The notes: generated by a model not told the origin, from the letters alone. A stretch of DNA of 64,000 nucleotides from Tissierellales bacterium (GCA_035301805.1 DATGTQ010000188.1:16234-80233), one strand, 5' to 3'. Shown: positions 49,828 to 60,499, counted from the first letter of the stretch. A program made the numbers and translations.

Positions 49828-50307
49828 TTAAATTTTTGCCTTCATCAAAATATCTTTTCCCTTTTCTATTTTACCATTAAATTTATCTAAATCTTTAACT
49901 ATATCCATATTAGTAATTATTATAGGACTAATTACCTGTTTACTTTGAGCTTTAATATAGTCAATATCAAATTTTAAAAGAATATCACCTTTTTTTACTT
50001 TTTGATTCTCTTTTACTAACCTTTCAAAGCCTTCTCCTTTTAAATCTACTGTATCTAAACCTACATGTATTAAAAGTTCTAAACCGCCTTTTGTTCTTAA
50101 GCCTATAGCATGGTTTGTTGGAAAAAGACTTACTATTTCTCCATCAAAAGGTGCAGTTACAACTCCTTCTGTTGGTTCAATTCCCAAACCATCACCTACC
50201 ATTTTTTCAGAAAACACTTTATCTGGTACATCTTCAATATCTATTATTGTTCCAGTCATCGGTGCTATAATCTCTACTGACTTTTCTTTTTTAAAAAAAT
50301 TAAACAT
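49828..50307 (-). CDS. PTS glucose-family EIIA component
   Basis: VPDKVFSEKMVGDGLGIEP.., HAIGLRT..G.ELLIHVGLDTV (both phospho-relay histidines present). Confidence 0.9.
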   Translation of the reverse strand: MFNFFKKEKSVEIIAPMTGTIIDIEDVPDKVFSEKMVGDGLGIEPTEGVVTAPFDGEIVSLFPTNHAIGLRTKGGLELLIHVGLDTVDLKGEGFERLVKENQKVKKGDILLKFDIDYIKAQSKQVISPIIITNMDIVKDLDKFNGKIEKGKDILMKAKI

Positions 50308-50333
50308 TGCATCTCCTTCTTTCTTGATTTTTT

Positions 50334-51182
50334 CTAAACTTTGAAATCATCTACAATCATTCTAGTTTTCTTTAGATGCTCTGAAACTAAATTGAAATCC
50401 TCCCTTGCTATACCTACAAAAAGCATGTCTATAACAGTTAGTTGGGCTATCCTTGACGATATGGCCCCTAATCTTAAGTTCTTTTCTATATTACCTACAA
50501 ATAGCCTAATATCAGAGATATTGCTAATAGGATTTTCTCCAAATTTAGTTATAGATATAGTAGCGGCTCCTTCCTCTTTAGCTTTACTCATTGATTTTAA
50601 GACTTCCAGAGTTCTTCCACTATAAGATATACCAACAGCAATATCATCCTTTGAAATATGGACTGCTGATGCCATCTGGGTATGACCATCTAAATAAAAA
50701 ATAGCATTCCTATTTATTCTCATTAATTTATACTGAAAATCCATAGCGACTATTCCAGAAGCTCCCATCCCAAATATATAAATATTTTCAGCCTCTTCTA
50801 ATGCTTTTATTGCCCTTTCCATTTCTTTCCCATCTAATAATTTCTTTGTTTTTTCTATTGATGTTATATTTTCTAAAGCTATTTTATCCATAACTTCTTC
50901 AATTGTATCATCTATTGTTACATCTTCATAAACAATATTTTTGTTATTTTCTAAATCCGCTGTATTTTTTATTAATTCCACTTTAAATTCTTGAAATCCA
51001 TTAAAGCCCATTCTTTGACAAAATCTCACAACACTAGATGGGCTAGTCTCTGAATATTTGGCTAAATCATAAGTGGAAAGATTATATACTTTTTCAGGAT
51101 ATGATAAAACATAATTAGCTATTTTTCTCTCCGAATTAGTTAACTGATTTTTTACTTCATTAATTTTTACAAATAGACTCAT
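50334..51182 (-). CDS. murR: MurR/RpiR-family transcriptional regulator (HTH plus SIS domain)
   Basis: N-terminal HTH_6 (LT.SERKIANYVL..P..V...S...LA......SPSSVVRFCQ.MGF.GF.EFK) and a SIS domain. The symbol is assigned from the MurNAc operon context. Confidence 0.75.
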   Translation of the reverse strand: MSLFVKINEVKNQLTNSERKIANYVLSYPEKVYNLSTYDLAKYSETSPSSVVRFCQRMGFNGFQEFKVELIKNTADLENNKNIVYEDVTIDDTIEEVMDKIALENITSIEKTKKLLDGKEMERAIKALEEAENIYIFGMGASGIVAMDFQYKLMRINRNAIFYLDGHTQMASAVHISKDDIAVGISYSGRTLEVLKSMSKAKEEGAATISITKFGENPISNISDIRLFVGNIEKNLRLGAISSRIAQLTVIDMLFVGIAREDFNLVSEHLKKTRMIVDDFKV

Positions 51183-51197
51183 TTCTCTCCTCCAATA

Positions 51198-52244
51198 TTA
51201 GTCCTCAAATAAGATAAATTTAAATTTTTCTCCTGGTTTTAATCTATCAATTAATATAGCACCTCTATCCCCATTACCAACTACATTTATTCTAGAATCA
51301 GTTTCTAGGCTTTCTAATAATATTTCTAATTCACCTTCATATCTACTATATCCTTCATTGTCTATTGTAACAGAATATTTCTTTCTTTGTAATCCATTAT
51401 TTTTTGGACTAATTTTTCCCTTTTTAATTAATCTTGATTCTTGTGAACGTATTGCAAGGGCTCCTGGGTCTTCCCTATTAGTATGAACTTCTTTTAACAA
51501 ATCTAATTCTATATCACTTAGGTCTTTATTAATCTTTAACGGTATCAATTTAAGATCTTCCTTAATAAGAGATAAATCTTTAAGCTCTTTATCGGAGGCC
51601 ATGGCATCTCCTATTACTACATAGTCTACCCCTAAATCCAATAAATGCTGAGCACTAACTATAGGAAGAATCTCTCTATGCATTTCCATAGTAGGTAATC
51701 CTTCATATACAGGTCCTCTTCTTATGTGATTAGAAGATATAAAAGCCATAGTTTTCACACCATATTGGTTAAAAAGCTTATTTTTTTCTATAAATAATTC
51801 TTCTGAAATACCTGTACCTTTCCTAGGATAAAAGTTATGACAAGCATTTATTTTATTTATATCCCCACCATATTTTTTGAAATCCTTAATTTGTTCTTCT
51901 GAAAATGTAGTTGCATTTACTGATATACCAAAACCACATTTTTGGGACATTAAGGCAGCTTCCTTAATAGTAAAACCATAATCTAATCTTAAATAATCTA
52001 TTTTATGTTTTTCTATATCTAATTTATCAAAGTATCCCTTTGATATATCCATAATTGTAGTCATATCTCTCTTAGAACATTCTTCTAAAATAGTTTCAAA
52101 ATCTTTTTCAAAGTTTTCATCTACTTCTGGTATGTGAGCTGATGAAAATACTGTTTTAATTCCTAATTTAGATGCCCTATCAATATAATCAATAATATCC
52201 TCAACTTTATTATCCATTCCAGCATATACAGAAATTCCTAACAT
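51198..52244 (-). CDS. mupG: DUF871 family protein (MupG-type 6-phospho-N-acetylmuramidase)
   Basis: MLGISVYAG.. start and TIM-barrel-like length. Lies between the murP-like and murR-like genes. Confidence 0.65.
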   Translation of the reverse strand: MLGISVYAGMDNKVEDIIDYIDRASKLGIKTVFSSAHIPEVDENFEKDFETILEECSKRDMTTIMDISKGYFDKLDIEKHKIDYLRLDYGFTIKEAALMSQKCGFGISVNATTFSEEQIKDFKKYGGDINKINACHNFYPRKGTGISEELFIEKNKLFNQYGVKTMAFISSNHIRRGPVYEGLPTMEMHREILPIVSAQHLLDLGVDYVVIGDAMASDKELKDLSLIKEDLKLIPLKINKDLSDIELDLLKEVHTNREDPGALAIRSQESRLIKKGKISPKNNGLQRKKYSVTIDNEGYSRYEGELEILLESLETDSRINVVGNGDRGAILIDRLKPGEKFKFILFED

Positions 52245-52314
52245 TTACATACCCTCCTCTCAAAGTATTATAGGTGCCCCTAAGAGGCACCTATAATTTT
52301 ATCATATATCTTAA

Positions 52315-53676
52315 TTATTCATCAACAGGATCGTCCCAACCAAGTAATAATGTAGCTATAAATCCTCCTACATAAGCACCAACAATACCTAGTAGGAATT
52401 TTCCAGCACCTTGTTCTATTAGTAAAGTCAATGGCAGACCAGAAACACCCATACTTACTGCCCCAACTTTAAAAGGTGCTACAATTGCTCCACCAACAGC
52501 TCCACCTATACATGCTCCTATGAAAGGTTTTCCTAATGGTAAAGTAACACCATAGATTAAAGGTTCACCTACCCCTAATATTCCAACAGGTAAAGCACTT
52601 GCTGCTGTCTTCTTAAGTCTTTGATTTTTTGTTCTCATATAAACTGCAAAACTAGCTCCTACTTGCCCTGCACCAGCCATTGCAAGAATTGGAAGTAATG
52701 TGGTTACTCCATAAGAGTCTATTAAAGATTGATGTATTGGTGATAGTCCTTGATGTAACCCTAACATAACTAACGGTAAGAATGTTCCGCCTAATAATGC
52801 TCCTGTTATAGGTCCACCTGTTTCAATTATTTTAGTTACTCCATTACCTATACCATCTGCAATAAGTCCACCTAAAGGTTGTAATACAAGTACTGCAGCA
52901 AAACCTCCAATTAATATTGTTAATAACGGGTTTAATATTAGTTCAAGTACATCTGGCAGTACTTTCCTTAATTTTTTCTCTACCCAGGATGCGAACCAAA
53001 CTACTAGTAATACAGAAATTATTCCTCCACGACCTGGTACTAGTGGTTTTCCAAAAAGCTCTACTCCTTCTAGTACTGGCGATATTGTTATACCACCCAT
53101 TAAACCACCTATTGCTATTGAACTGCCAAATACTCTAGCTGCAGTCATACCCACCATAATCGCTAAATAGCCAAATACTGCACCTGAAAATGCTGCTAAT
53201 AATCCTGTAATATTTGGGCTTATATTTATCCTACTTGCAACTGAATCTAGCTGTAAAATATTGTTAATACCCATTATAAGACCTGAACCAATAAATGCTG
53301 GAATTAATGGCATAAATATTTGCGCAATTTTATTAAATCCTTCACCAGTTATTTGGTATTGCTCTTTAGCCTGTTTTTTAACTGCTGCTGCGTCGCCATT
53401 TTCTACAACGTCTTCAACTTTAATAGATGTTGTAGCCCTAATTTCGTCAGATACTTTATTTGCTGTTCCGGGACCAACAACTACTTGTACTGTAGAACCT
53501 GATTCTATTACACCCATAATGCCATCAGTTTCTTCTAGTTCTTTTTTGTTAACAAGAGATGGATCCTTTAATTTGACCCTTAACCTTGTCATACAGTTTT
53601 CAAAAGTGATAATGTTTTCCTCTCCACCAATGTTCTTAAGAATTGATTGAGAGATTCTTTTAATTTTATTACTCAT
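52315..53676 (-). CDS. murP: PTS EIIBC component, MurNAc-type by context
   Basis: N-terminal EIIB motif (NCMTRLRV) followed by a glucose-family EIIC with ~10 TM segments. Directly downstream of murQ. Confidence 0.75.
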   Translation of the reverse strand: MSNKIKRISQSILKNIGGEENIITFENCMTRLRVKLKDPSLVNKKELEETDGIMGVIESGSTVQVVVGPGTANKVSDEIRATTSIKVEDVVENGDAAAVKKQAKEQYQITGEGFNKIAQIFMPLIPAFIGSGLIMGINNILQLDSVASRINISPNITGLLAAFSGAVFGYLAIMVGMTAARVFGSSIAIGGLMGGITISPVLEGVELFGKPLVPGRGGIISVLLVVWFASWVEKKLRKVLPDVLELILNPLLTILIGGFAAVLVLQPLGGLIADGIGNGVTKIIETGGPITGALLGGTFLPLVMLGLHQGLSPIHQSLIDSYGVTTLLPILAMAGAGQVGASFAVYMRTKNQRLKKTAASALPVGILGVGEPLIYGVTLPLGKPFIGACIGGAVGGAIVAPFKVGAVSMGVSGLPLTLLIEQGAGKFLLGIVGAYVGGFIATLLLGWDDPVDE

Positions 53677-53709
53677 GTTTCTCCCCCTTTTCTTTATTAT
53701 TAAAAAAGC

Positions 53710-54606
53710 TTAACTTTCTTCAATTGCCCTCCTTAGGTATCCCTGATTTTTTTCTAGTAATACCCTTCCTTCTTCAACGGAAAGTCCTGTTTTAATTAAT
53801 AGAATAGCTAATTTAACATTATATTCTGTTTTTTCTAAATATTCAGTTGCTATAGTATTTGATACCCCAGTTGCTAGAGAAACTAACTTTTTGGATCTCT
53901 CTATTAGTTTTAAGTTTTGGGCTACTACATCAACCATTAAATTTTCATACACTTTGCCGAGCTTAATCATGGAACCTGTTGTTAGCATATTTAGTACCAT
54001 TTTTTGCGAAGTTCCAGATTTTAGCCTTGTAGAACCAGAAATTACTTCAGGCCCTACTATAGGAGCAATTGATAAGTTAGCTATTTTTGACATTTTTGAA
54101 TTTGGATTATTAGTTATACTAATAGTATATGCACCTATACTATTGCCATATTCTAAACCTCCAATAGTATATGGAGTTCTTCCACTGGCTGCAATTCCTA
54201 CGATAACATCTTTGGAACTAAAATCCATATTTTTTAAATCTTCAGAGGCAAGTTCCTTATTGTCTTCAGCTCCTTCTACTGCTTCAAAAATAGCTTTATG
54301 ACCACCTGCTATAAGACCTTGAACTAAATCTTTGGATACTCCAAAGGTTGGTGGACATTCTGAAGCATCTAATATTCCTAATCGTCCACTAGTTCCTGCA
54401 CCAATATAAATTAATCTTCCACCTTTAGACAATTTATTTGAAATAATATCAATTGCCTTTGCAATAGCAGGTAATTCTTTTTCAACTGCATAGGCTACTT
54501 TCTTATCTTCGGCATTAATGATTTCCACCATTTCAATAGTTGAAACATTATCTATGTTTTTTGTATCTGGATTAATTTCTTCAGTAATAATTTTATTATA
54601 CTCCAT
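53710..54606 (-). CDS. murQ: N-acetylmuramic acid 6-phosphate etherase
   Basis: SIS-domain protein with [26 protein letters not shown] and the ..[13 protein letters not shown] motif. 298 aa. Confidence 0.9.
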   Translation of the reverse strand: MEYNKIITEEINPDTKNIDNVSTIEMVEIINAEDKKVAYAVEKELPAIAKAIDIISNKLSKGGRLIYIGAGTSGRLGILDASECPPTFGVSKDLVQGLIAGGHKAIFEAVEGAEDNKELASEDLKNMDFSSKDVIVGIAASGRTPYTIGGLEYGNSIGAYTISITNNPNSKMSKIANLSIAPIVGPEVISGSTRLKSGTSQKMVLNMLTTGSMIKLGKVYENLMVDVVAQNLKLIERSKKLVSLATGVSNTIATEYLEKTEYNVKLAILLIKTGLSVEEGRVLLEKNQGYLRRAIEES

Positions 54607-54738
54607 ATAGCCATATCACCATTCTTTCTGTCTATACTTTTAATTTTTTTCTGTTCTTGTGTAGAATTATATCATTTTTGAAACAACATTTCAATAGTTT
54701 TTAATAAATATGGAACGTTATTTCTTTATAGTATAAAA

Positions 54739-54763
54739 GACCTATTACAATTGGAATAGGTCT
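54739..54763 (-). terminator. Intrinsic terminator after the HExxH protein gene
   Basis: agacctatt pairs with aataggtct, followed by UUUUA on the minus strand. Confidence 0.65.
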
Positions 54764-54776
54764 AAGGTGTCCTCTG

Positions 54777-55709
54777 TTATATAGTAAGTAGCCATTTATC
54801 AATGTCCTTTCTAAAACCAGTTGTAATTTTTTTCTCCTTACATATGAAAACATATTCTTTTATTATTTTTTTATAATTATAATTAATAGTCCACTCATCT
54901 AAAATATATATTCCTTTATTTTCATATAAAATCCTTATAATCTTATATCCAAGAACGTATACATCTAAGCTTGCTATTAATTGGTAGTTAGGTCTCCCAT
55001 TTTTTATAGATAATAAAACCTTATCTAAATCCCCGAAAGCTTCCTGTGATAATATTAGTTTTCTCCTCGTTAAGGTTTCAATAGGGTCATCTTTGGACAA
55101 TTTAACTCCATGTTGTATTAAACAAGCTATACCTTCTTCAAATATCCTTCCTAAAGTTTCAAACATTGGTTTTTCGTTATCCATGTTCATTTTTAGGATT
55201 AAGTAAAATTTTTTATACCATTCTAATTTCCTACCATGATATAGTTCATGGGCAAGAACTTTTTCAAATTCTTCCATATTTCCAATATATCTTCCCAAAT
55301 TAACATATACATTTTTCATAAAAATAGTAAATCCACCATCCTGGCCACCAGCAATAATGTAGATTTTTGGGTTAACAACAACCTTTTCAGGTACAATTTT
55401 GTACACTCTTTCTAAAGCATTATTAATAATATTATCTTGATTAGTCTTTATATATTCTATATCTTTTTTTAATAGAGGCAAGTTTTTCTTTAGTAGATAA
55501 AAATCATAAGGATCTTTATAATTTTCTTTTAATATAACATTTTTCAATTCATTTTTTAAAATCAAGTTGCTAGTATTTCTCCTTAGTTCTCTCTCATGTT
55601 TTATAAAAACTTTTGTCTGATGTAGGCTTATATATTTATTAAAAATTCTCTCATTAAAATAGTTTTTATCTAATAACTGAATAAGAAGTTCAACCCCTTC
55701 TAAATTCAA
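54777..55709 (-). CDS. Hypothetical protein with an HExxH motif (putative zinc-dependent peptidase, DUF2268-like)
   Basis: VLAHELYHGRK, plus a downstream EEGIACLIQHG as a possible third ligand region. No signal peptide or TM segment. Confidence 0.4.
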   Translation of the reverse strand: MNLEGVELLIQLLDKNYFNERIFNKYISLHQTKVFIKHERELRRNTSNLILKNELKNVILKENYKDPYDFYLLKKNLPLLKKDIEYIKTNQDNIINNALERVYKIVPEKVVVNPKIYIIAGGQDGGFTIFMKNVYVNLGRYIGNMEEFEKVLAHELYHGRKLEWYKKFYLILKMNMDNEKPMFETLGRIFEEGIACLIQHGVKLSKDDPIETLTRRKLILSQEAFGDLDKVLLSIKNGRPNYQLIASLDVYVLGYKIIRILYENKGIYILDEWTINYNYKKIIKEYVFICKEKKITTGFRKDIDKWLLTI

Positions 55710-55792
55710 CCTTAAACTTTACCCCCTTATTCCATAACAATAATCCTTTCCTTTAAAGTATATTGAACATGTGAATAAGGTATGTTAAGTAT

Positions 55793-56665
55793 TTAAGCTT
55801 TCGTCCCTTTTAACCATTTTTTAAATTTGTCCATTTGAAGCATGGCTTCCCTATATCCTTGGTCATATAGTTCTTCAAGTTTTGAAATATCTTTCTCCAG
55901 TCTATCTACTTCAAGACTTTTTTCAGGTCTGAATATATATACTTTACCATCTTCTTCGAGCTTATCTATTACATCCAGTAGTAAATTATAACGAATATGT
56001 CGTACCTTTATGGCCTCTCTTATTTTAGGATAGTTTTTTAATTTACTTTTGGTAATTAATCCTGATTTTTGTTCAGTTTTTCTATATTCTTTATTTCTCG
56101 TTAATATTATTACATTATAGAAATTTCCATCTTTAATAGATTTCTCTATAGGAATAGGATCCACAATTCCACCATCATAATATAACTCTTCATTTATCTC
56201 CACTGGTTGGGATATAACTGGTAAACTACTAGATGCTCTAAGAACTGCTTCCATATAATGTTCTGGATCAAAGTCACTTTTTTCAAAATATATAGGTTTT
56301 CCTGTTTCACAGTGAGTAACACAAGCCTTAAAAGTCGTTTCGGACTTTTGAAAAGTGTCGTAATCAAAAGGTACTATGTCATTTGGTAAAGCACTATATA
56401 AAAAGTCCATATTGAAATAACTTTTATTTTTAATTAAATGTTTAAATCCTGAGTATTCTTTATTCTCTACATAGTCAATAAATACTTTTCTATTTCTCTC
56501 CCTTTGTCCAGCTACAAAATTTGCTCCATTACTTGCTCCTGCAGAAACCCCTATTACATAAGGAAATCTAATGTTTTCATCCATAAGAACAGCTAGAACA
56601 CCAGAAGTATATGAGCCTCTCATACCCCCTCCTTCTAGCACTAACCCTACATTTTCAGCTATCAT
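55793..56665 (-). CDS. Patatin-like phospholipase
   Basis: GGGMRG oxyanion motif, GVSAGA (G-x-S-x-G) and YDGG (catalytic Asp region). Confidence 0.85.
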   Translation of the reverse strand: MIAENVGLVLEGGGMRGSYTSGVLAVLMDENIRFPYVIGVSAGASNGANFVAGQRERNRKVFIDYVENKEYSGFKHLIKNKSYFNMDFLYSALPNDIVPFDYDTFQKSETTFKACVTHCETGKPIYFEKSDFDPEHYMEAVLRASSSLPVISQPVEINEELYYDGGIVDPIPIEKSIKDGNFYNVIILTRNKEYRKTEQKSGLITKSKLKNYPKIREAIKVRHIRYNLLLDVIDKLEEDGKVYIFRPEKSLEVDRLEKDISKLEELYDQGYREAMLQMDKFKKWLKGTKA

Positions 56666-56813
56666 ATCCTATACATCTCCTTTACATGCAACTTAATTAA
56701 AATTATACCATATTTTAAATTCCTCAAAGGGTTAATATTAACAACATACTCCCTTCTAGCTCTAGAAATTTAGACTTTCCATAAAATTTCATTAAATATA
56801 GCTTATAATAAAA

Positions 56814-56849
56814 ACGAGTTTCTTTTTCATTAATAAAAAAGAAACTCGT
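56814..56849. terminator. Bidirectional intrinsic terminator
   Basis: acgagtttcttttt pairs with aaaaagaaactcgt, a 14-bp perfect stem with A/T runs on both sides. Confidence 0.75.
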
Positions 56850-56913
56850 AATATAAGTATAATATTTTAAACTGTAATTTATTCTTTATTAAATTATTTG
56901 TTTTTCCCTTAAG

Positions 56914-57090
56914 CTATAGCTTTTTGTGTTTCTCTTCCAATAGTTTTTTCTCATAAGATTTAAAGAACGGGTAATAAACAGCCAACAAAATGAAAAAATT
57001 AATCATTGTTAAAACGGCTGGTCTCCAGTCATTAGTTGCTATCACTGCTTTAATCGGTGAAGGCAATGTCCATGATGCCATAACTAACAT
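56914..57090 (-). pseudogene. C-terminal 58-aa remnant of a lactose/cellobiose-family PTS EIIC gene
   Basis: MLVMASWTLPSPIKAVIATNDWRPAVLTMINFFILLAVYYPFFKSYEKKLLEEKHKKL* matches the last TM helix and tail of cellobiose-type EIIC. An in-frame TAG lies immediately upstream (57091-57093). Confidence 0.65.
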
Positions 57091-57126
57091 CTAATTACAT
57101 GACTTTTATCTTTACATTATAAAATT

Positions 57127-57588
57127 CTATTTTGAAAACTTATCGGCTATAGAGGATGCTGCATAAGAATTAGGTTTCGTTTCACACTGAAATCCACAAG
57201 CTTTTATCCAACCTACTATTTCTGGAATTAGTTTTGAAGTCTGTCCATTCTCTCCAGCATCTACATGTATACTTATATCATAACTTATTTCTTCTTTTTC
57301 AAAAACTTCCGATAATTTTGTAGCTATTTCTAAACTAACACTAGTCTCATGTAATAGCTTTTGAGATATATTATTAATGGCTTTAATACGATTAATATCA
57401 TAAAAGAATATTCCACCTTTTCCTACTCTATGAACTGCTACAACTACTACCATTTTAGTATATCCAAAGTTTTGACTATCAGTACCTACGGATATATTGT
57501 AACTGATTTCAGGTTGTTCAGAAATAAAACTTTTTATAATATTAACCATTTCTTCAAAAGATACCTTACCATATGTCGGGCTATACAT
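57127..57588 (-). CDS. YkuK-family (DUF458) RNase H-like protein
   Basis: ISVGTDSQNFGYTKMVVVVAVHRVGKGGIFFY.. and IHVDAG.. motifs, typical of the family. Confidence 0.7.
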   Translation of the reverse strand: MYSPTYGKVSFEEMVNIIKSFISEQPEISYNISVGTDSQNFGYTKMVVVVAVHRVGKGGIFFYDINRIKAINNISQKLLHETSVSLEIATKLSEVFEKEEISYDISIHVDAGENGQTSKLIPEIVGWIKACGFQCETKPNSYAASSIADKFSK

Positions 57589-57843
57589 TTTTCTCCCTAC
57601 TTTCTAAATTCTCTTTAATCTGCAAATATACATGGTCAATTGATAGGGTTATTATATGTGAATTTATTCTTTAATATTATTTTGACTGGTACTTATTATA
57701 ATTAAACTCTTCAAAAATTTAATTATAATAAGCTATATATCTATTTTATCTATGACTACTATACTTGTCAATGATTGGTTTTATCTATATTTACAACTAA
57801 AAAATGTTATTTAACAAAACAAACTTTTGCAAACATAGATATA

Positions 57844-58026
57844 TTATTTATTATCTTTCTCTAAGCCCTCATTTACATTTTCTTGTTTATCCGTATTATT
57901 TTTCTTAATAAATATATTAGACATTTTAATAAGTTTAAAAATTAATATAATAATTAATATTTCCTTTGTAACACCTATTATAAAGCTAAGAATGCCTAAA
58001 AAACTAAATGTCCCAAAGTTATCCAT
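57844..58026 (-). CDS. Small single-TM membrane protein, unknown function
   Basis: 60 aa. A hydrophobic core (FSFLGILSFIIGVTKEILIIILIF) followed by a charged tail. GGAGGAG RBS. Confidence 0.45.
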   Translation of the reverse strand: MDNFGTFSFLGILSFIIGVTKEILIIILIFKLIKMSNIFIKKNNTDKQENVNEGLEKDNK

Positions 58027-58108
58027 GTCTTCTCCTCCTTAATCACTAATACATTATAAACATTTTAGTTGCTATTACATATTATATATAAAAAGGGGGG
58101 TATAGTCT

Positions 58109-58588
58109 ATGGATTATTATAATATAGACAATTCGTACGCGAAAATCCAAGGTGGTCCTATTGCGCCTGATTTATTTGGAACAGTATATTTTTATAATGT
58201 ACCTGGTGGTACGGAAGTATCAGTTGAAGTATGGGGATTACCTAATTATGAACCAGCTACTAATAGCGAAGCCCCTATTGGTCCCTTTGGCTTCCATATT
58301 CATGAAAATGGTTCTTGTGAAATAGGAAATCCTGAAAATCCATTTCAAGCAGCTGGAGGTCATTGGAATCCTACAAATCAACCTCACGGAAATCACGCTG
58401 GAGATTTTCCTGTTCTATTTTCAAATAATGGTTATGCTAGAATGAGCTTTTTTACAAATAGGTTTAAACCCAGTGATGTTATAGGAAGATCTGTAATTAT
58501 TCATCAAAATCCTGATGATTATAGGACACAACCTTCAGGAGATGCGGGAAAGAGAATGGCTTGCGGGGTTATATGTAGGCTTTATTGA
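58109..58588 (+). CDS. sodC: Cu/Zn superoxide dismutase family protein without a signal peptide
   Basis: FGFHIHENGSCE, AGGHWNP, HGNHAGDFP, VIIHQNPDD, GKRMACGVI: all Cu and Zn ligand positions are recognisable. The N-terminus is hydrophilic. Confidence 0.8.
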   Translation: MDYYNIDNSYAKIQGGPIAPDLFGTVYFYNVPGGTEVSVEVWGLPNYEPATNSEAPIGPFGFHIHENGSCEIGNPENPFQAAGGHWNPTNQPHGNHAGDFPVLFSNNGYARMSFFTNRFKPSDVIGRSVIIHQNPDDYRTQPSGDAGKRMACGVICRLY

Positions 58589-58772
58589 ATAGGAGGCAAT
58601 CCATATCTAGTGTGTAGATCACAAAAAGAACCCTCTGAATATGGGTTCTTTTTACTCTACCTATTTTGTCGATTTAACCTTGCTATATCATTCCAATTCT
58701 TCTTTGTTTATCTCCTTTAACGAATAAACTTCATTAAGCAATTGAAGATCAAATTTTAATCTAGACTTAATC

Positions 58773-60296
58773 TTACTCATACTGAAATCTAAAATTCACG
58801 TTATTTTCCTCACACCATTTTTGTACAGCTATACATAATTTATCATATTCTTCATATACATAAGGATAAAATGGATCACTACTTTGATTTGTTACTGCAT
58901 AACCTATCTCATATTTTGATAATTCTCTCCCAGTTCTAATAACCCATTCTCTCCGGTTAGAAGTCAAATTATTTGTAAAACTATAATTTGCTGGTGTCAT
59001 TGTAATATATCTAATTTCCATTGAAAAAAATCGTTTCCCATCAATTTCAATACTCTGAGGAGTTAAAGTAATTTCTTTTGGTAACCGTCTTTTATAGAGA
59101 TAGTAATTTCCCAGGCATACACTTCCTGGAAACAATACGAAAGAAATAAAAATAAGTATTCTGGCAGAAAACATATTTTCATTATTATGCATATAAGGAT
59201 CATATAAAAATAAATACCAAAGTCCTATTAATAAACATAATATTATAGAAAAACCAAGAATAACTTTTAGCCATTGCTTTTTTTCTGCTTTCATTATCTC
59301 TTCCTTTGGAATAAAGAATTTAGCATCCTCTGAATATTCTTCTAAATGTTTATCCATAGCCGCTTCCCAAGTAACAACATTATTTTCAAAACGTTTTTCA
59401 ATATATGCTTTTTGAGCTTTCTCTATTTCATTCATAGCATTACTAAAATCTTCTTTTCTAATACACCAACATACCTGATTAATAGGCCTGTGATTTTTTT
59501 TAAAAATATTTATTCTCCTAGTGCCAGTGAATTTTTTTTGTATACTATGTTTTTCATTCATTGAATTAAATTGTAAGTATAAAGGATATTCAGCATATAC
59601 TTTATTTTTTCTTATAAATTGTAAAGTTTCACCTGTAACTTTTATCCTAATGTTACACCAATAAAATGCCCAAAATAAAGAAATAAGAACTATAATTCCA
59701 AACAAATACTTATTTAAATTAGTATTTGATATAGTAATATATTTACCTACAATAACCACTAATGCATATGCGAACATACTAAGTAAAAGTATCATTTTAA
59801 TAAGTTCCAATATCATAAGGGAAACATGGCTATTATAAACTTTATATTCATATGAAGTTAATGAATTTGTTTCGTTTATATTTGTACTAGCTATTTCATC
59901 AATAAGCCCTTTCCAACAATTCTGCTTCCTATGTTTTATTAAACTATGTATTCCCATTAAGGACCAAGTACATAAAATGATGATAGCAGATAATATATAA
60001 TGGGAAACCGGCGATGTTAAATATACTGCTAACCCCCATTCATTTAATGAAATCTTTTCAACTATTATAACCATTATAATCCCAAAAATTTCTCCAATTA
60101 ACATAGCCATCATCATAGAAAATAGTGACCAAGAAGCAGAAATTTTCCTTTTAAAATAAAGAATGTAGTTAGTCAATAATAATACTGGTAAAAATATAAA
60201 TAATCTTTTAATAAATATTGAAAATACTAGGATAATCGTTAACCAAATTATTAATATAAGAATTATATTAATGGCCAATCCTTTTTTCTTTGACAT
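58773..60296 (-). CDS. Hypothetical polytopic membrane protein (507 aa), orphan
   Basis: About 7 N-terminal TM segments, a soluble module, 2 more TM segments, then a second soluble module (..LTPQSIEIDGKRFFSMEIRYITMTP..). The two soluble modules look like bacterial PH-like domains. I recognise no family. Confidence 0.6.
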   Translation of the reverse strand: MSKKKGLAINIILILIIWLTIILVFSIFIKRLFIFLPVLLLTNYILYFKRKISASWSLFSMMMAMLIGEIFGIIMVIIVEKISLNEWGLAVYLTSPVSHYILSAIIILCTWSLMGIHSLIKHRKQNCWKGLIDEIASTNINETNSLTSYEYKVYNSHVSLMILELIKMILLLSMFAYALVVIVGKYITISNTNLNKYLFGIIVLISLFWAFYWCNIRIKVTGETLQFIRKNKVYAEYPLYLQFNSMNEKHSIQKKFTGTRRINIFKKNHRPINQVCWCIRKEDFSNAMNEIEKAQKAYIEKRFENNVVTWEAAMDKHLEEYSEDAKFFIPKEEIMKAEKKQWLKVILGFSIILCLLIGLWYLFLYDPYMHNNENMFSARILIFISFVLFPGSVCLGNYYLYKRRLPKEITLTPQSIEIDGKRFFSMEIRYITMTPANYSFTNNLTSNRREWVIRTGRELSKYEIGYAVTNQSSDPFYPYVYEEYDKLCIAVQKWCEENNVNFRFQYE

Positions 60297-60415
60297 TTAT
60301 TTGCCTCCCATAGTAATTTTATAAGGTTTTCTAATATGCAATAGAATTAAAGTTCTATTCTATATGAATAATTCCTCTTTTTTATGACAAATAGTTAAAA
60401 TCTTTGTAGTAAGGT

Positions 60416-60499
60416 TTATTTGCTTTCTAAATCCTTAATAAATTTACTTGCAGCGGGAGATAAGGATACACTTTTTAAATAGCAAACTCCTAAGACCAT
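60416..60499 (-). pseudogene. 27-codon C-terminal remnant of a LysR-type regulator
   Basis: MVLGVCYLKSVSLSPAASKFIKDLESK*. The ..LSPAA..FI..L ending is typical of LysR-family C-termini. A stop codon lies 3 codons upstream. Confidence 0.4.

Noticed and set aside
54679-54693. TGAAACAACATTTCA upstream of murQ, considered as a cre (CcpA) site or MurR operator.
   Set aside because: It lacks the central CG of the cre consensus, and the inverted repeat is only 5 bp per arm. It is too weak to call without comparative data.
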